Source: Abditibacterium sp. (GTDB taxonomy: Bacteria > Armatimonadota > Abditibacteriia > Abditibacteriales > Abditibacteriaceae). From it: 64,000 nt of DNA. Both the position numbers and the translations under genes were made by a program. Location of the stretch: assembly GCA_965246885.1 (NCBI GenBank), contig OZ251992.1, forward strand, positions 2,112,001-2,176,000. Reading direction: 5' to 3'. Below the pieces are notes generated by a model, which saw only the letters and a program-made list of their open reading frames with translations, did not search any database and was not told where the DNA came from. This document shows positions 1 through 9,767 of the stretch, piece by piece; position 1 is the stretch's first letter, and each line of letters starts with the position of its first letter.

Positions 1-1
1 G

Positions 2-934
2 AAAGTTAACTCCGAACAAAACGCCGTTGTCTTATCGGCACCGCCCGCAGTGCTCAACAAGTTCCGCGCGGACATCGCGGGATTTGATATTCCCTCCTCG
101 CAAATCGTGGTGGACTTGCTGTTAGTGGAGTTGACCGACACGGGATTGGATCAACTTAATCTGAACCTGAACTACAACAACGGCGGAAATGGTCTCGCCA
201 TCTCTCCAACGCAGGGCAACGTCACTTACTCGGCGCTAACGACGCTTCCCAACCAGTTCTTTGCCACGCTTTCGGCGTTGCAACAAAGTGGACGTGCGCG
301 GGTGCGGGCCAACCCGCGCATAGCCACCATTTCAGGGCGGCACGCTTCCATCTTCGTGGGGCGCCAGCGCTACATCGTGACGCCCATTGACACAGGATAC
401 GGGCAACGGAACTTCATAGACGCGGGCGTGCGCCTCGATATTACGCCCTACACCGGCGGCGAGAAGCAGATACTCATAGACGCCAACGCGGAAGTTTCGA
501 CGCTCAGCGCGGTTGACCCGACAACGCGCTTACCCGAAAAATCAACGCGCACCGCCAACACGCGGGTGCGGGTGAACGACGGACAAACCATCATCATCGG
601 CGGCCTGCGCCAGCAGGAAACCAGCCGCGTGACGACGCGCGTGCCTCTGCTTGGCAACCTGCCGATTTTAGGGCCACTGCTGTTCCGCTCGCACAATAAC
701 CGCACGACGAACTCGGAGTTGGTGCTGTTCATCACGCCGCGCATCCTGTCGGACACGGGGCACTTGCCTTCTGCCGAGGAGAAAGCCCTCAAAGACCGCT
801 TCCTCAAACCCGACCTCCGCGCCCCGCTTCCTCCGCCCAATTTCGACGTGCCCCAAGTGAAAGGGTCGTTCGATGACGGCACGCCCTCGCTGCTTTACCC
901 GCCCAAGGCGCCCGATAAAAGGAAGGGGCCGTGA
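2..934 (+). CDS. Secretin (GspD/PilQ-like outer-membrane channel), 5'-truncated by window edge; copy 1 of 3
   Basis: Frame is open from base 2 (KVNSEQNAVVLSAP, N3-like). Secretin C-domain motifs: ANPRIAT, GVRLDITP, DGQTIIIGGL, VPLLGNLPILGPLLF, ELVLFITPRI. Confidence 0.9.
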   Translation, partial: KVNSEQNAVVLSAPPAVLNKFRADIAGFDIPSSQIVVDLLLVELTDTGLDQLNLNLNYNNGGNGLAISPTQGNVTYSALTTLPNQFFATLSALQQSGRARVRANPRIATISGRHASIFVGRQRYIVTPIDTGYGQRNFIDAGVRLDITPYTGGEKQILIDANAEVSTLSAVDPTTRLPEKSTRTANTRVRVNDGQTIIIGGLRQQETSRVTTRVPLLGNLPILGPLLFRSHNNRTTNSELVLFITPRILSDTGHLPSAEEKALKDRFLKPDLRAPLPPPNFDVPQVKGSFDDGTPSLLYPPKAPDKRKGP

Positions 935-2679
935 GGCGGCTCACCATTTCCTTGTGGGCGTTGTTGTTACTGTTCGTCCCACCTGCCGCCCATGCGCAGT
1001 TGGCGACCTCGTTTGGAACGCTCACGGCCATCAAAGTCAAGCGGCTTCCTAATGCTGTTGTCGTGCGCATCGAGACCGATGGCACCATCCGCTTTGGCGT
1101 TGACCAGCACGACTTCATAGATTTTAGCAACGGGTATAACCCCCTCCCGACGCAATCCATCCGCCTCCGCTTGGTGCAAACGCGCTCAAAATTGCCCGCG
1201 TATGTTCCCTTGGACGCCTACCCAATTGATGGCGCGGCCATTTCCTTGGGTCGAACCAACTTTTCCAATCCCTATTTTACCGATGGCGGTTGGGGCCAGC
1301 CGCAGCCCTTGGTGGATGTCGAGTTACGCTTTGCCACGCCTATCACCATCCGGCGCCTAACCGTTCAGCCCTATCGTAGTATCGATTTCGGCGGCGTGTT
1401 GGGGCCGCGCGAAGCGTCCATCGAGCTTTCCAACGACCGCCGCGCCATTGTCATCACCCTCGTGCCCGACCGAGCCGACCTGCAAGGGGTAGAACGCTTG
1501 AACCGCTCGCCCGTCGCGGATCACAAACACCGCCTCGCCGTTTCCGTGTTGAGCGGCGGCGCTTTGCGGGTTGAGGCGCTTCATACGCCGCTCCGCGACC
1601 TGCTTGCGGCCCTCTCCGACGCTTCTGGCACGCGCTTCGTCGCACGTCCCGAAGTGGCCGACCTCGATATTTCGCTTCAATTGCCGCGCACCTCGCCCCT
1701 CGAACTCATGACGACACTCGCCCGCACCGCCAACGTCGCCACCCGCGAAGAGGAGGGCGCGCTTGTCTTAGGGCGGGGTGACGAGTTCTTCGCGTCGCGT
1801 TCGCTACCCTTGCGCAACCTGTCGCCCGACGCCGCGCGGCTGTTGTTTCCTGACTTTCTGCTGCCGTTTTTGCGCGCTGACCGCGAGAACAACGCGCTTT
1901 TGGCGGTGCAAACGCCTTTGGTGCTGGACAAAATCGAAGCGCAGTTGCGCTCCCTTGATACTCCGCGCGCCCAGTTCGAGGTTTCGGCGCAGTTTTGGGA
2001 ACTGTCCGCGACGCGCTCCGACGACGCGGCGCTGCGGTTAGTGCGCACCCTTGGCGGCGATTCCGAGTCGCTGAACTTCGAGACCGGCGAAGCGGTCGTC
2101 AACATCGCTCCCAAGCTGACGCGCCAACTGAGCGCGACATTGCGCTTATTGCAAGAGCGCGGGCGGGCGCGCTTGGCCGGCAACCCGCGCGTCACCGTGT
2201 TGTCCGGCGCGAGCGGAACGCTGTTTTCGGGCCAGACGCGCTACATCGAGGTCGTTCAGAACGACTACTTCGGCTCTTCAGTCATCGCCCTGCCGCTTCA
2301 AATCGGCGCGCAGTTGGATGTTTCGCCGCGCGGCTCCAATACCCCCGGCGACCCCATCCGGCTCGACATCGCGCCGCACCTTTCCACCATAGACGCCATC
2401 GAAGCGGGAACCGGCCTGCCCACCGTCGGCTTGCGTGACCTGTCCGGCACCCTCACCGTTGGCGAGGGCGACACCATCGCCTTCGCGGGCTTGGAATTCG
2501 CGTCCGATTTCAGCACCCGGCGCCGTGCTCTGGGCGTCGTTCGTTCCGGCACGAGAGAGAAAGAGCAACGCGCCTTGCTGGTGTTAGTCACTGCCCGCCG
2601 CACCGCGTGGCGCGAAGCGCGTCTCGCGCCTGATGGCTCCACTAAATATCGCGGTATCGCGCTCAACGACCAGCCGTAA
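931..2679 (+). CDS. Secretin-like protein, divergent copy 2 of 3
   Basis: Signal peptide (AHA-Q), N-terminal domain, STN/N3-like segment (LRADRENNALL), GNPRVTVLSG, IGAQLDVSP, EGDTIAFAGL. GTGA overlap with the upstream stop. Confidence 0.8.
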   Translation: MRRLTISLWALLLLFVPPAAHAQLATSFGTLTAIKVKRLPNAVVVRIETDGTIRFGVDQHDFIDFSNGYNPLPTQSIRLRLVQTRSKLPAYVPLDAYPIDGAAISLGRTNFSNPYFTDGGWGQPQPLVDVELRFATPITIRRLTVQPYRSIDFGGVLGPREASIELSNDRRAIVITLVPDRADLQGVERLNRSPVADHKHRLAVSVLSGGALRVEALHTPLRDLLAALSDASGTRFVARPEVADLDISLQLPRTSPLELMTTLARTANVATREEEGALVLGRGDEFFASRSLPLRNLSPDAARLLFPDFLLPFLRADRENNALLAVQTPLVLDKIEAQLRSLDTPRAQFEVSAQFWELSATRSDDAALRLVRTLGGDSESLNFETGEAVVNIAPKLTRQLSATLRLLQERGRARLAGNPRVTVLSGASGTLFSGQTRYIEVVQNDYFGSSVIALPLQIGAQLDVSPRGSNTPGDPIRLDIAPHLSTIDAIEAGTGLPTVGLRDLSGTLTVGEGDTIAFAGLEFASDFSTRRRALGVVRSGTREKEQRALLVLVTARRTAWREARLAPDGSTKYRGIALNDQP

Positions 2680-2688
2680 CCACCAATC

Positions 2689-4287
2689 ATGAAACGTCTT
2701 TTTCTGATCATCCTTCTTCTTTGTGTCGCCGCCGTTCCCCCTGAAGTGCGCGCCCAAAGCCGCGCGTTCACGACCATCAAGTCCGTGACGGCGACGGCGC
2801 TTTCCAACGGCGTTCAAATCACGGTCACGGCGGACGGCCTCTTGCAATACCAAAACGAGGACACCTACGGCAAGCAAATGGGCGTTCTCTTCCCCGACGC
2901 GCGCAACGGGACGGGCAAGAACTTCATTACCCTCGACCAATACCCCGTTTCGCACATCCAACTGCTCACCCCGCAAGGCGCGCAAAACGGGATAGGCGTG
3001 CAACTCAACATCTTCAACCTCGCCGACACTTCCGGCTCGGTCGCGCGCACCCCCGACGGGCAGGGCGTGTTATTCACTATCCAGAGCAATCGCACTTTGC
3101 CCGGTGGCAAGGGCGGCGCGGGCGCAGGCGATACCTCTGTCAAAGCAGACGGTGCCGATGACGGGTTGGGCGTCTCTTATAAGGATGGGCGCGTCTCGAT
3201 TCGCGCGGTCAAGGCCGATATTCACCAACTCATCGGCGCCATCGCGCGCAAGTCGGGCGTCGCCGTCGCGGTTGACGATGCCGTTGACCGCAAGGTCAGC
3301 CTCAACCTGCAAGATACCGACCCCGAAACCGCCATCCGCACGGTTGCTACCGCCTATGGCCTCGCGCTTGCGCCCATCAACGGCGTGTTGATGCTCTCCG
3401 AAGGCGTGCCTTCCGACTTGGCCACCTACCGCGCTTCGACCACACAGAGCTTTCGCATCCAGAATTCGCAAGCCGACACCATCTCCGGCCTGTTGCCCAA
3501 CTTCCTGTCGCAATACGTCAAGACCAACGCCGAGCAAAACGCGGTCGTCGTCACCGCTCCCTCGCAGATTCTCTCCAAAATCGGAGCGGATTTAAAGCGT
3601 GTGGACACGCCCTCGCCGCAAATCGCCATCGAAGCCATCGCCGTCGAATTGTCCGACACGTCCGACCTCAACATCGGCCTGCGTTTGGGCGACCCCAATG
3701 CAGGCGACTTCGGCTCCCTCGACGTTGGCGGCGGGAGTCTGAGCTACAACACCATCGGCAAATTGCCGCGCCAGTTCAACGCCAGCCTGACGGCGCTCGA
3801 ACTTAAAGGCCGCGCGCGCGTGCGGGCACGTCCCCAGATGGTCGTCGTCAACGGCGGCACCGCGAACCTGTTTATCGGCTCGCAGCGCTTCATCCTCACG
3901 CAAACCAACGGCGGCGGCCAAACCCAAAACCGCATCCAGCCGGTGGATGTCGGCGTAAAACTGTCCGTCACTCCACTTACCGGCGGCAACGGCGAAATCA
4001 CCGCGCGCGTGGCGCCCGAAGTCTCGAACATCACCGAACTCGACCTGCAAAGCGGCCTACCCGTTCTGTCCACCCGCCGCAGCGAAACAACCGTGCGCGT
4101 CAAGGACGGCGAAACCATCGCCATCGGCGGCCTCAGCCTCGACCAAGAACAAACCACGCGTGGGCGCATCCCCTTCTTCGGCAACCTCCCCCTCATCGGC
4201 CCGTTGTTCCGCACGAAGAAGAATACGTCGGTCAAGACGGAGTTGGTCGTTTTCGTGACCCCCCGCATCGTGAAAGCGGGAGGATAA
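2689..4287 (+). CDS. Secretin, copy 3 of 3 (signal peptide, AMIN-like, STN, N3 and secretin domains)
   Basis: ARPQMVVVNG, VGVKLSVTP, VKDGETIAIGGL, IPFFGNLPLIGPLFR, ELVVFVTPRIV. Confidence 0.9.
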   Translation: MKRLFLIILLLCVAAVPPEVRAQSRAFTTIKSVTATALSNGVQITVTADGLLQYQNEDTYGKQMGVLFPDARNGTGKNFITLDQYPVSHIQLLTPQGAQNGIGVQLNIFNLADTSGSVARTPDGQGVLFTIQSNRTLPGGKGGAGAGDTSVKADGADDGLGVSYKDGRVSIRAVKADIHQLIGAIARKSGVAVAVDDAVDRKVSLNLQDTDPETAIRTVATAYGLALAPINGVLMLSEGVPSDLATYRASTTQSFRIQNSQADTISGLLPNFLSQYVKTNAEQNAVVVTAPSQILSKIGADLKRVDTPSPQIAIEAIAVELSDTSDLNIGLRLGDPNAGDFGSLDVGGGSLSYNTIGKLPRQFNASLTALELKGRARVRARPQMVVVNGGTANLFIGSQRFILTQTNGGGQTQNRIQPVDVGVKLSVTPLTGGNGEITARVAPEVSNITELDLQSGLPVLSTRRSETTVRVKDGETIAIGGLSLDQEQTTRGRIPFFGNLPLIGPLFRTKKNTSVKTELVVFVTPRIVKAGG

Positions 4288-4340
4288 GGCTGCAACGGGG
4301 GCACAATGCACTACTTTGCCTCACCCATTGTGGACGTGGT

Positions 4341-4451
4341 GTCCGGCAGGACACTTGGCGAAGCCGGATGCCGGTGGTTTTATACCACCGATTCAGGCTG
4401 AGTTCGGGGATATGAAATCCTCGGCATCCGGGCGCAAGCGCCCTGCCGGAC
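4341..4451. repeat. Nested palindromic REP-like element, copy 1
   Basis: Terminal inverted repeat gtccggcagg...cctgccggac enclosing two small hairpins; near-identical copy at 10585-10698; lies between convergent genes. Confidence 0.8.
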
Positions 4452-4471
4452 GCGGCATTAACAAATGTTTT

Positions 4472-5878
4472 CTACTTCGCGCGTCCCATCGTGTGCGTCG
4501 CTTCGCCGTAGACGGTTTCGGCGGCTTCCATCACGGTCTCACTCAACGTCGGGTGGGCGTGGATGGTGAAGCGCACGTCATCGGCGACGGCGCCCATTTC
4601 GATGGCGAGGGTGCCTTCGGCGATCATTTCGCCCGCGCCGCTTCCGGCGATGCCAACGCCGAGGATGCGGTTGGTTTCGGGGTCAAGCAGCAGTTTCGTG
4701 AGGCCATCGGTGCGGTCAAGTGTGACGGCGCGGCCACTGGCGGCCCAAGGAAACTTGGCAACTTTGACCTTTTTACCCAACTTCTCGGCCTGCGTTTCGG
4801 TCAGGCCCGTCCACGCGATTTCGGGGTCGGTGAAGATCACGGCGGGGATGGCGGCTGGCTCCCACGCGACTTTGTGGCCCGCAATGACTTCGACCGCCAT
4901 GCGCCCTTCGTGACTGGCTTTGTGCGCGAGCATCGGGTCGCCCGCCACGTCGCCAATGGCGTAAATCTTCGGCTCTTGCGTTTGGCGCTGCCCGTTGACG
5001 GGAATAAAGCCGCGCTTGTCGAGTTCGATCTTCGTGTTTTCCAAGCCCAATCCTTCCCCGTTTGGGCGCCGCCCGACGGCGACGAGCAGCTTGTCGAACT
5101 TCTCCTGCCCTGCGTGTTTGCCCTCGAAAGTAACGGTGATTCCGTCGCTTTCTTCCTTCAAGGCGACGACTTTGGTGTCGAGGCGTATCTCCTTAAAGGC
5201 GGCCTCAAGGCGCTTCTGCAAGATAGCAACGAGGTCGCGGTCGGCGCCGGGAAGCAGTCCGGGCGTCGCTTCGACAACAGTGATTTCCGACCCCAGCGCC
5301 GCGTAAACCGAGCCGAGTTCCATGCCGATATAGCCGCCGCCGACAACGAGCAACTTCTTCGGCACATCTTCGAGGAGCAAGGCGCGCGTCGAGTCCATGA
5401 TGCGCTCGCTGCCAATGTCAAAGACTGGGAACGACGCGGGACGGCTGCCCGTTGCGATGATGGCGTGGTCGAAGGTGAGGGATTCGCTCGCGCCGTCGGT
5501 GCGTTGGATGGAGATTTCGCCGCCCGATACAAACGTCGCGCGGCCTTGAATGTAATTGACCTTGCGCGCCTTGGCGAGTTGGCCGGTGCCCGAAGTCAGC
5601 TTCTGCACAACGCCCAACTCAAAGCCGCGCAGTTTGTCGAGGTCAATGGTCGGTTCGCCGAAAGTGAGGCCATAGTGCGCCGCTTCGCGCGCTTCGGAAA
5701 TGACTTTGGCGGCGTGAAGTAGCGTTTTCGAGGGAATGCACCCGCGATACAAGCAAACGCCGCCGGGGTTGACTTCCAAATCCACGAGCGTGACATGCAT
5801 CTTCAGGTCTGCCGCCAAAAAAGCGGCGGCGTAACCACCGGGGCCGCCGCCGATAACAACTAATTGAGTGTGTGCCAT
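4472..5878 (-). CDS. lpdA: Dihydrolipoamide dehydrogenase (E3)
   Basis: GGGPGG FAD motif, [13 protein letters not shown] redox disulfide, GGGYIG NAD motif, HAHPTLSE. Confidence 0.97.
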   Translation of the reverse strand: MAHTQLVVIGGGPGGYAAAFLAADLKMHVTLVDLEVNPGGVCLYRGCIPSKTLLHAAKVISEAREAAHYGLTFGEPTIDLDKLRGFELGVVQKLTSGTGQLAKARKVNYIQGRATFVSGGEISIQRTDGASESLTFDHAIIATGSRPASFPVFDIGSERIMDSTRALLLEDVPKKLLVVGGGYIGMELGSVYAALGSEITVVEATPGLLPGADRDLVAILQKRLEAAFKEIRLDTKVVALKEESDGITVTFEGKHAGQEKFDKLLVAVGRRPNGEGLGLENTKIELDKRGFIPVNGQRQTQEPKIYAIGDVAGDPMLAHKASHEGRMAVEVIAGHKVAWEPAAIPAVIFTDPEIAWTGLTETQAEKLGKKVKVAKFPWAASGRAVTLDRTDGLTKLLLDPETNRILGVGIAGSGAGEMIAEGTLAIEMGAVADDVRFTIHAHPTLSETVMEAAETVYGEATHTMGRAK

Positions 5879-5883
5879 AGTCT

Positions 5884-5943
5884 GGGGTTTGGGGTTGAGG
5901 GTTTGGGGTTAGTTCAAATCCTCAACCCCGAACCCTCAACCCG
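5884..5943. repeat. Heptamer (GGGGTTT-like) tandem repeats in inverted arrangement
   Basis: ggggttt ggggttg agggttt ggggtta followed by complementary cctcaac cccgaac cctcaac, between aceF and lpdA. Confidence 0.75.
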
Positions 5944-5946
5944 CGC

Positions 5947-7299
5947 TTAACCTTGAAGCGCGATCAGGTTCGGGTCTTCCAATGCCGCCGCGATGAAGCG
6001 GGTGAACCGTGCGCCGTCGGCGCCGTTGATGACGCGGTGGTCGTAGCTCAGACAGAGCGGCATCATCATGCGCGGCTCGAAAGTTCCACTCTCGGCGTTC
6101 CACACTGGCTCCATGCTCCCGCGCGCAATGCCCAAGATGGCGACTTCGGGGGTGTTGACGATGGGCGTGAACGCCGTGCCGCCGATGCCGCCAAGGTTGG
6201 TGAGTGTGAACGTGCCGCCCGCCATTTGTTCGGCTTTGAGCTTGCCTTCGCGCGCAACGGCGGCGATTTCGCCCAACTCGACGGCGAGTTCGATGATGCT
6301 TTTCGATTCGACGTTTTGAATGACCGGCACGACCAAACCGCGCGGCGTGTCAACGGCGACGCCGATGTTGTAATACCGCTTCTGCACGACTTCCATCGCC
6401 GCGAAGTCAATCGAGGCGTTGAAGTTCGGGAATTTTTTGAGCGCGCCCACGACGATCTTCAGCAAAATCGCGGTAGGCGTGAGTTTGCCGCCCGCTTTCT
6501 CGGCGAGCGGCGCGTATTTCTTGCGGAAAATCTCGAAGTCCGTCGTGTCCGCTTTATCGAATTGGGTGACGTGCGGGATTGTCCACGCGCGCTCCATTTG
6601 GTTCGAGGTCGCCTTGCCGATGCCGGACATCGCCACGCGGTTGACCTCGCCGAACTTGGAAAAGTCGGGCAGGGCGGGGAGGGAAACGCCGCCCGATTGA
6701 ACCGGTGCCGCGACGGGCGCGGGCTTGCCAACCGAGTGAATATCGTCCTCGGTGATGCGCCCGCCAACGCCCGTCCCGTGAATCGCGTAGATGTCCACGC
6801 CCGCCTCGCGCGCCATGCGGCGAATCGAAGGCGCGGCGGCGACGGGTTCGCGCGGAGCGTCGGGCGCGGGCGTCGAAACGGCAAGCGGCGCGGGAGAGGT
6901 CGTGGAATAGCCGTCGTTTTTGACCGCCGTCGCTTTGGGCGCGGTCATGTCGGCGGGCGGCGTCGGCAACTTCGCTTCCGAAGCGGCGGTTTGTTCGGGC
7001 GCGGCGCTGTCGCGTTCGATGCTCCCGTTTTTCGCCGCGCCGTTGGAATGGGCGGAGGCGCTCCCGCCCTCGCCATACGAGAAAATGGGTTGAGAAACCG
7101 AGACCGTGTCGCCCTGTTTGACGAGGATGTTTTGAATCGTGCCCGCGACGGTCGAAGGCACTTCCAACACCGCTTTATCGGTTTCGAGTTCGAGAATGGG
7201 CTGGTCTTGGGCAACGGTGTCGCCCGCACCCACCAGCACTTTGGCAACAACCCCGCTCGTCGCGGTCTCGCCCAAGGTCGGCAAAAGAAATTCGGCCAT
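5947..7299 (-). CDS. aceF: Dihydrolipoamide acetyltransferase (PDH E2), single lipoyl domain
   Basis: LETDKA lipoyl-lysine motif, E3-binding domain (AAPSIRRMARE...GTGVGGRI), DHRVING catalytic motif. Start moved to ATG 7299 after an AAGGGGG RBS. Confidence 0.93.
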   Translation of the reverse strand: MAEFLLPTLGETATSGVVAKVLVGAGDTVAQDQPILELETDKAVLEVPSTVAGTIQNILVKQGDTVSVSQPIFSYGEGGSASAHSNGAAKNGSIERDSAAPEQTAASEAKLPTPPADMTAPKATAVKNDGYSTTSPAPLAVSTPAPDAPREPVAAAPSIRRMAREAGVDIYAIHGTGVGGRITEDDIHSVGKPAPVAAPVQSGGVSLPALPDFSKFGEVNRVAMSGIGKATSNQMERAWTIPHVTQFDKADTTDFEIFRKKYAPLAEKAGGKLTPTAILLKIVVGALKKFPNFNASIDFAAMEVVQKRYYNIGVAVDTPRGLVVPVIQNVESKSIIELAVELGEIAAVAREGKLKAEQMAGGTFTLTNLGGIGGTAFTPIVNTPEVAILGIARGSMEPVWNAESGTFEPRMMMPLCLSYDHRVINGADGARFTRFIAAALEDPNLIALQG

Positions 7300-7396
7300 G
7301 ATGTTCCCCCTTAATTTAGCAAACGCCGTGCGCCATTTTCGCACCCCCGCCATTCTTCTCGCAGGCCGATTCCGTTTTCAGCGCATCGAAATGGGC

Positions 7397-7564
7397 GAAA
7401 AGTTGACCGAAACAGGCGGAAAGACGACCGTAACACGCGGAAACGTAATAGCAATACGCGAAAAGTTGACCGTGTCGCGTGAAAAGTTGACCGTGACACG
7501 CGGAAACATAATAGCAATATGCGAAAAGTTGACCGTGCCGTGCCGAAAGATGACTGAATCGGCG
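7397..7564. repeat. 21-bp-period degenerate tandem array A (8 units)
   Basis: Units such as gaaaagttgaccgtgacacgc and ggaaacataatagcaatatgc at exact 21-bp spacing, with a 63-bp higher-order duplication. Confidence 0.9.
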
Positions 7565-7567
7565 GCT

Positions 7568-7600
7568 TTCACGCTCAAAGCGCGCCCGTGAGGGCGCTTT
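7568..7600. repeat. 33-bp direct repeat, left of the TA module
   Basis: ttcacgctcaaagcgcgcccgtgagggcgcttt; 32/33 identical to 8233-8265; contains a hairpin. Confidence 0.9.
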
Positions 7601-7630
7601 GATGTCGCAATATCCGGTAAAATCTCTCGC

Positions 7631-7837
7631 ATGAATACAGTCATGGTCTCGCCAGAGTTTCAAGTAGTCATACCGCTTGAGGTTCGCCTATCGCTCGGCA
7701 TCGAGCCGGGGCAGAAAGTGCAGGTCATTCAATACAATAATCGTGTTGAACTCATCCCCGTGCGCCCCATAGAGCAAGCGCGCGGAATGTTGAGGGGGAT
7801 TGACACCCACATCGAGCGGGAAGGCGACAGAAGATGA
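7631..7837 (+). CDS. AbrB/MazE/SpoVT-family antitoxin
   Basis: VSPEFQVVIPLEVRLSLGIEPGQKV swapped-hairpin signature; ATGA overlap with the PIN gene. Confidence 0.9.
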   Translation: MNTVMVSPEFQVVIPLEVRLSLGIEPGQKVQVIQYNNRVELIPVRPIEQARGMLRGIDTHIEREGDRR

Positions 7838-8208
7838 ATGTCGTGGATTCTTCTGGCTGGCTGGAATACTTCGCCGACGGCCCAAACGCGGATTTCTTCG
7901 CGGGCGCAATTGAGAATACGCAAGAACTGGTTGTTCCCAGCATCAGCGTTTACGAAGTGTTCAAGCGAGTCCTTCAACAGCGAGATGAAGAGGCCGCACT
8001 TCAGGTAGTGGCGCTCATGGCGCAAGGCCAAGTTGTGGATTTAGACCAGACGTTGGCGTTGAGTGCGGCTAAAATCTCCAGCGATTTGAAGATACCGATG
8101 GCTGACAGCATCATTCTGGCGACGGCTCGCGCTCACAAAGCGATTTTATGGACGCAAGACATAGACTTGGCGGGCATCGAGAACGTCCGCTATATCGCTA
8201 AAAAGTGA
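7834..8208 (+). CDS. vapC: VapC-family PIN-domain toxin
   Basis: VVDSSGWLEY, YEV, ADSIILATA, LWTQD acidic PIN residues. Confidence 0.92.
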   Translation: MNVVDSSGWLEYFADGPNADFFAGAIENTQELVVPSISVYEVFKRVLQQRDEEAALQVVALMAQGQVVDLDQTLALSAAKISSDLKIPMADSIILATARAHKAILWTQDIDLAGIENVRYIAKK

Positions 8209-8232
8209 CCAACACCGCCCTAATCATCGGAC

Positions 8233-8265
8233 TTCACGCTCAAAGTGCGCCCGTGAGGGCGCTTT
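8233..8265. repeat. 33-bp direct repeat, right of the TA module
   Basis: ttcacgctcaaagtgcgcccgtgagggcgcttt. Confidence 0.9.
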
Positions 8266-8467
8266 TTCGCCATAAATTGTGCCCTAACAAGCATCGTGAG
8301 TGGGAGAATGTCGCAGTCGGCAGAGGCTGCCAATGTGCGCTATACTTCCTCGCCCAACCCGTCGTTATGCCGCAAAAGCGGGTGAATTGACGGCATAACC
8401 CATTGTTGTGTTTATAAGCGCCGCATTGATGGGCACCATACTTGACGCAATCCGGCAACCACTGATA

Positions 8468-9577
8468 ATGAACGAAGATATGATTAACCAAAAGTTATTT
8501 GTGTGTCAGTTCAAAAAACTGAGTCCGATTGCCACTCTATTGATTTTTGCAGCAAAGCCTTTGCACGGTCAATCACAGGCTCTTATACCGGATGCCACCG
8601 TGCTTTCTGTCGCTTTTTCTCCAGATGGAAAAGTGCTGGCGGCTGGTCAGGATGAAGTAAGTCGTGAAGTAAGAGGGAGATATTACTTCAAGCGAGGGCA
8701 ACTACATCTATGGAACTTGCAAACCTTGAAGCTGGGGTGGATACGTACTGACTTGCCGTTCACTGCGGTTAATCTCGCCTTTTCACCGGATAGCCGAACA
8801 ATAGTCGCTGGCAATCTACATGATATGAGATTATGGAATGTGCAAACGGGCGAATTGGTGAGTCACTTGTTTGGGTTACAATCAGCTAAGCCAATGGATG
8901 AAGTCAATACAGTGGCTTTCTGGCCTGATAGCAAGACAATCGCTTTTGGGGGTCTGAGCTACGGCCCTACCACTACATCTCAAGTGTTTTTATATAACGC
9001 TTCGACGGGTCGGCTCCAGCGAAAGCTTCAATACAGATTCATAACCCTCAATCGAGCAGTCTGGGCAACTGCATTATCTCCAAATGGCAGAATGGTAGCT
9101 ACCAGCGTGTCAAGACCCGGCTCGGAATCAGAAGGGAGGGATCCTAACTTGTCCCGCTCTTTGCCTAAAGATGCTGAAGTGTGGGTTTGGAATACCTCCG
9201 GGCAACTAAAGCACGTTTTCAAGAGCCAACAGCGCAGCACGTCCATTTTACTCTTCTCGCCCGATAGCCAGATGTTGGCTGGCACAGACTACGGTGCAAA
9301 AACCATCCACATATGGAACGTGCAGACGGGGAAGTTGTTGCGCACTCTCACAGATACGTGTACAGTGCAGACTGTGGCCTTCTCACCTGACGGAAGAACA
9401 CTCGCCAGTGGAAGTTCTGAGTTTGGTGGTAAGCCAAAACTCTGGAACATTCAAACCGGTAATGTTTTGCGGACTCTAAATTATAGCGATTGGGTGATTT
9501 CATTGGCTTTTTCGCCGAACGGTCGCACGCTGGCAATTGGGGGTTACGAAGGCGTGAAGTTGCTGCGGCTAAAGTAG
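8468..9577 (+). CDS. WD40-repeat beta-propeller protein, probably exported; start uncertain
   Basis: Repeated (SV)AFSPDG..LA.G...(L/I)WN..TG motifs; visibly lower GC than the flanks. Confidence 0.88.
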   Translation: MNEDMINQKLFVCQFKKLSPIATLLIFAAKPLHGQSQALIPDATVLSVAFSPDGKVLAAGQDEVSREVRGRYYFKRGQLHLWNLQTLKLGWIRTDLPFTAVNLAFSPDSRTIVAGNLHDMRLWNVQTGELVSHLFGLQSAKPMDEVNTVAFWPDSKTIAFGGLSYGPTTTSQVFLYNASTGRLQRKLQYRFITLNRAVWATALSPNGRMVATSVSRPGSESEGRDPNLSRSLPKDAEVWVWNTSGQLKHVFKSQQRSTSILLFSPDSQMLAGTDYGAKTIHIWNVQTGKLLRTLTDTCTVQTVAFSPDGRTLASGSSEFGGKPKLWNIQTGNVLRTLNYSDWVISLAFSPNGRTLAIGGYEGVKLLRLK

Positions 9578-9767
9578 TTCAGCTTGTGAAGTGTCAAACA
9601 GCGACACAACAAAGCGTCGCCGCACCCCCTGCTTTCCGCTCGTTGCTCGCTTCGGTTGTCGCTGTTCAGCGATAAGGACTTTGCGGCGCCGTTTGGCCAT
9701 TTCATCGCTTCTTTTCCCAAACGGCGCAGCTTTATTTATTCCACCGCGCCGCCAAGGAGCCAAAACT

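Noticed and set aside
4316..7314. Long + strand ORFs 4316-5722 and 5953-7314
   Set aside because: Antisense shadows of lpdA and aceF, expected in high-GC DNA; no motifs.
7397..7564. 21-bp arrays as CRISPR arrays
   Set aside because: No alternation of constant repeat and unique spacer, the period is too short, and no cas genes are present.
7139..7663. Short ORFs over array A as real heptad-repeat proteins
   Set aside because: Several frames are open only because the unit is a multiple of 3; they overlap the aceF start or promoter and lack a clear RBS. Translation is not excluded without Ribo-seq.
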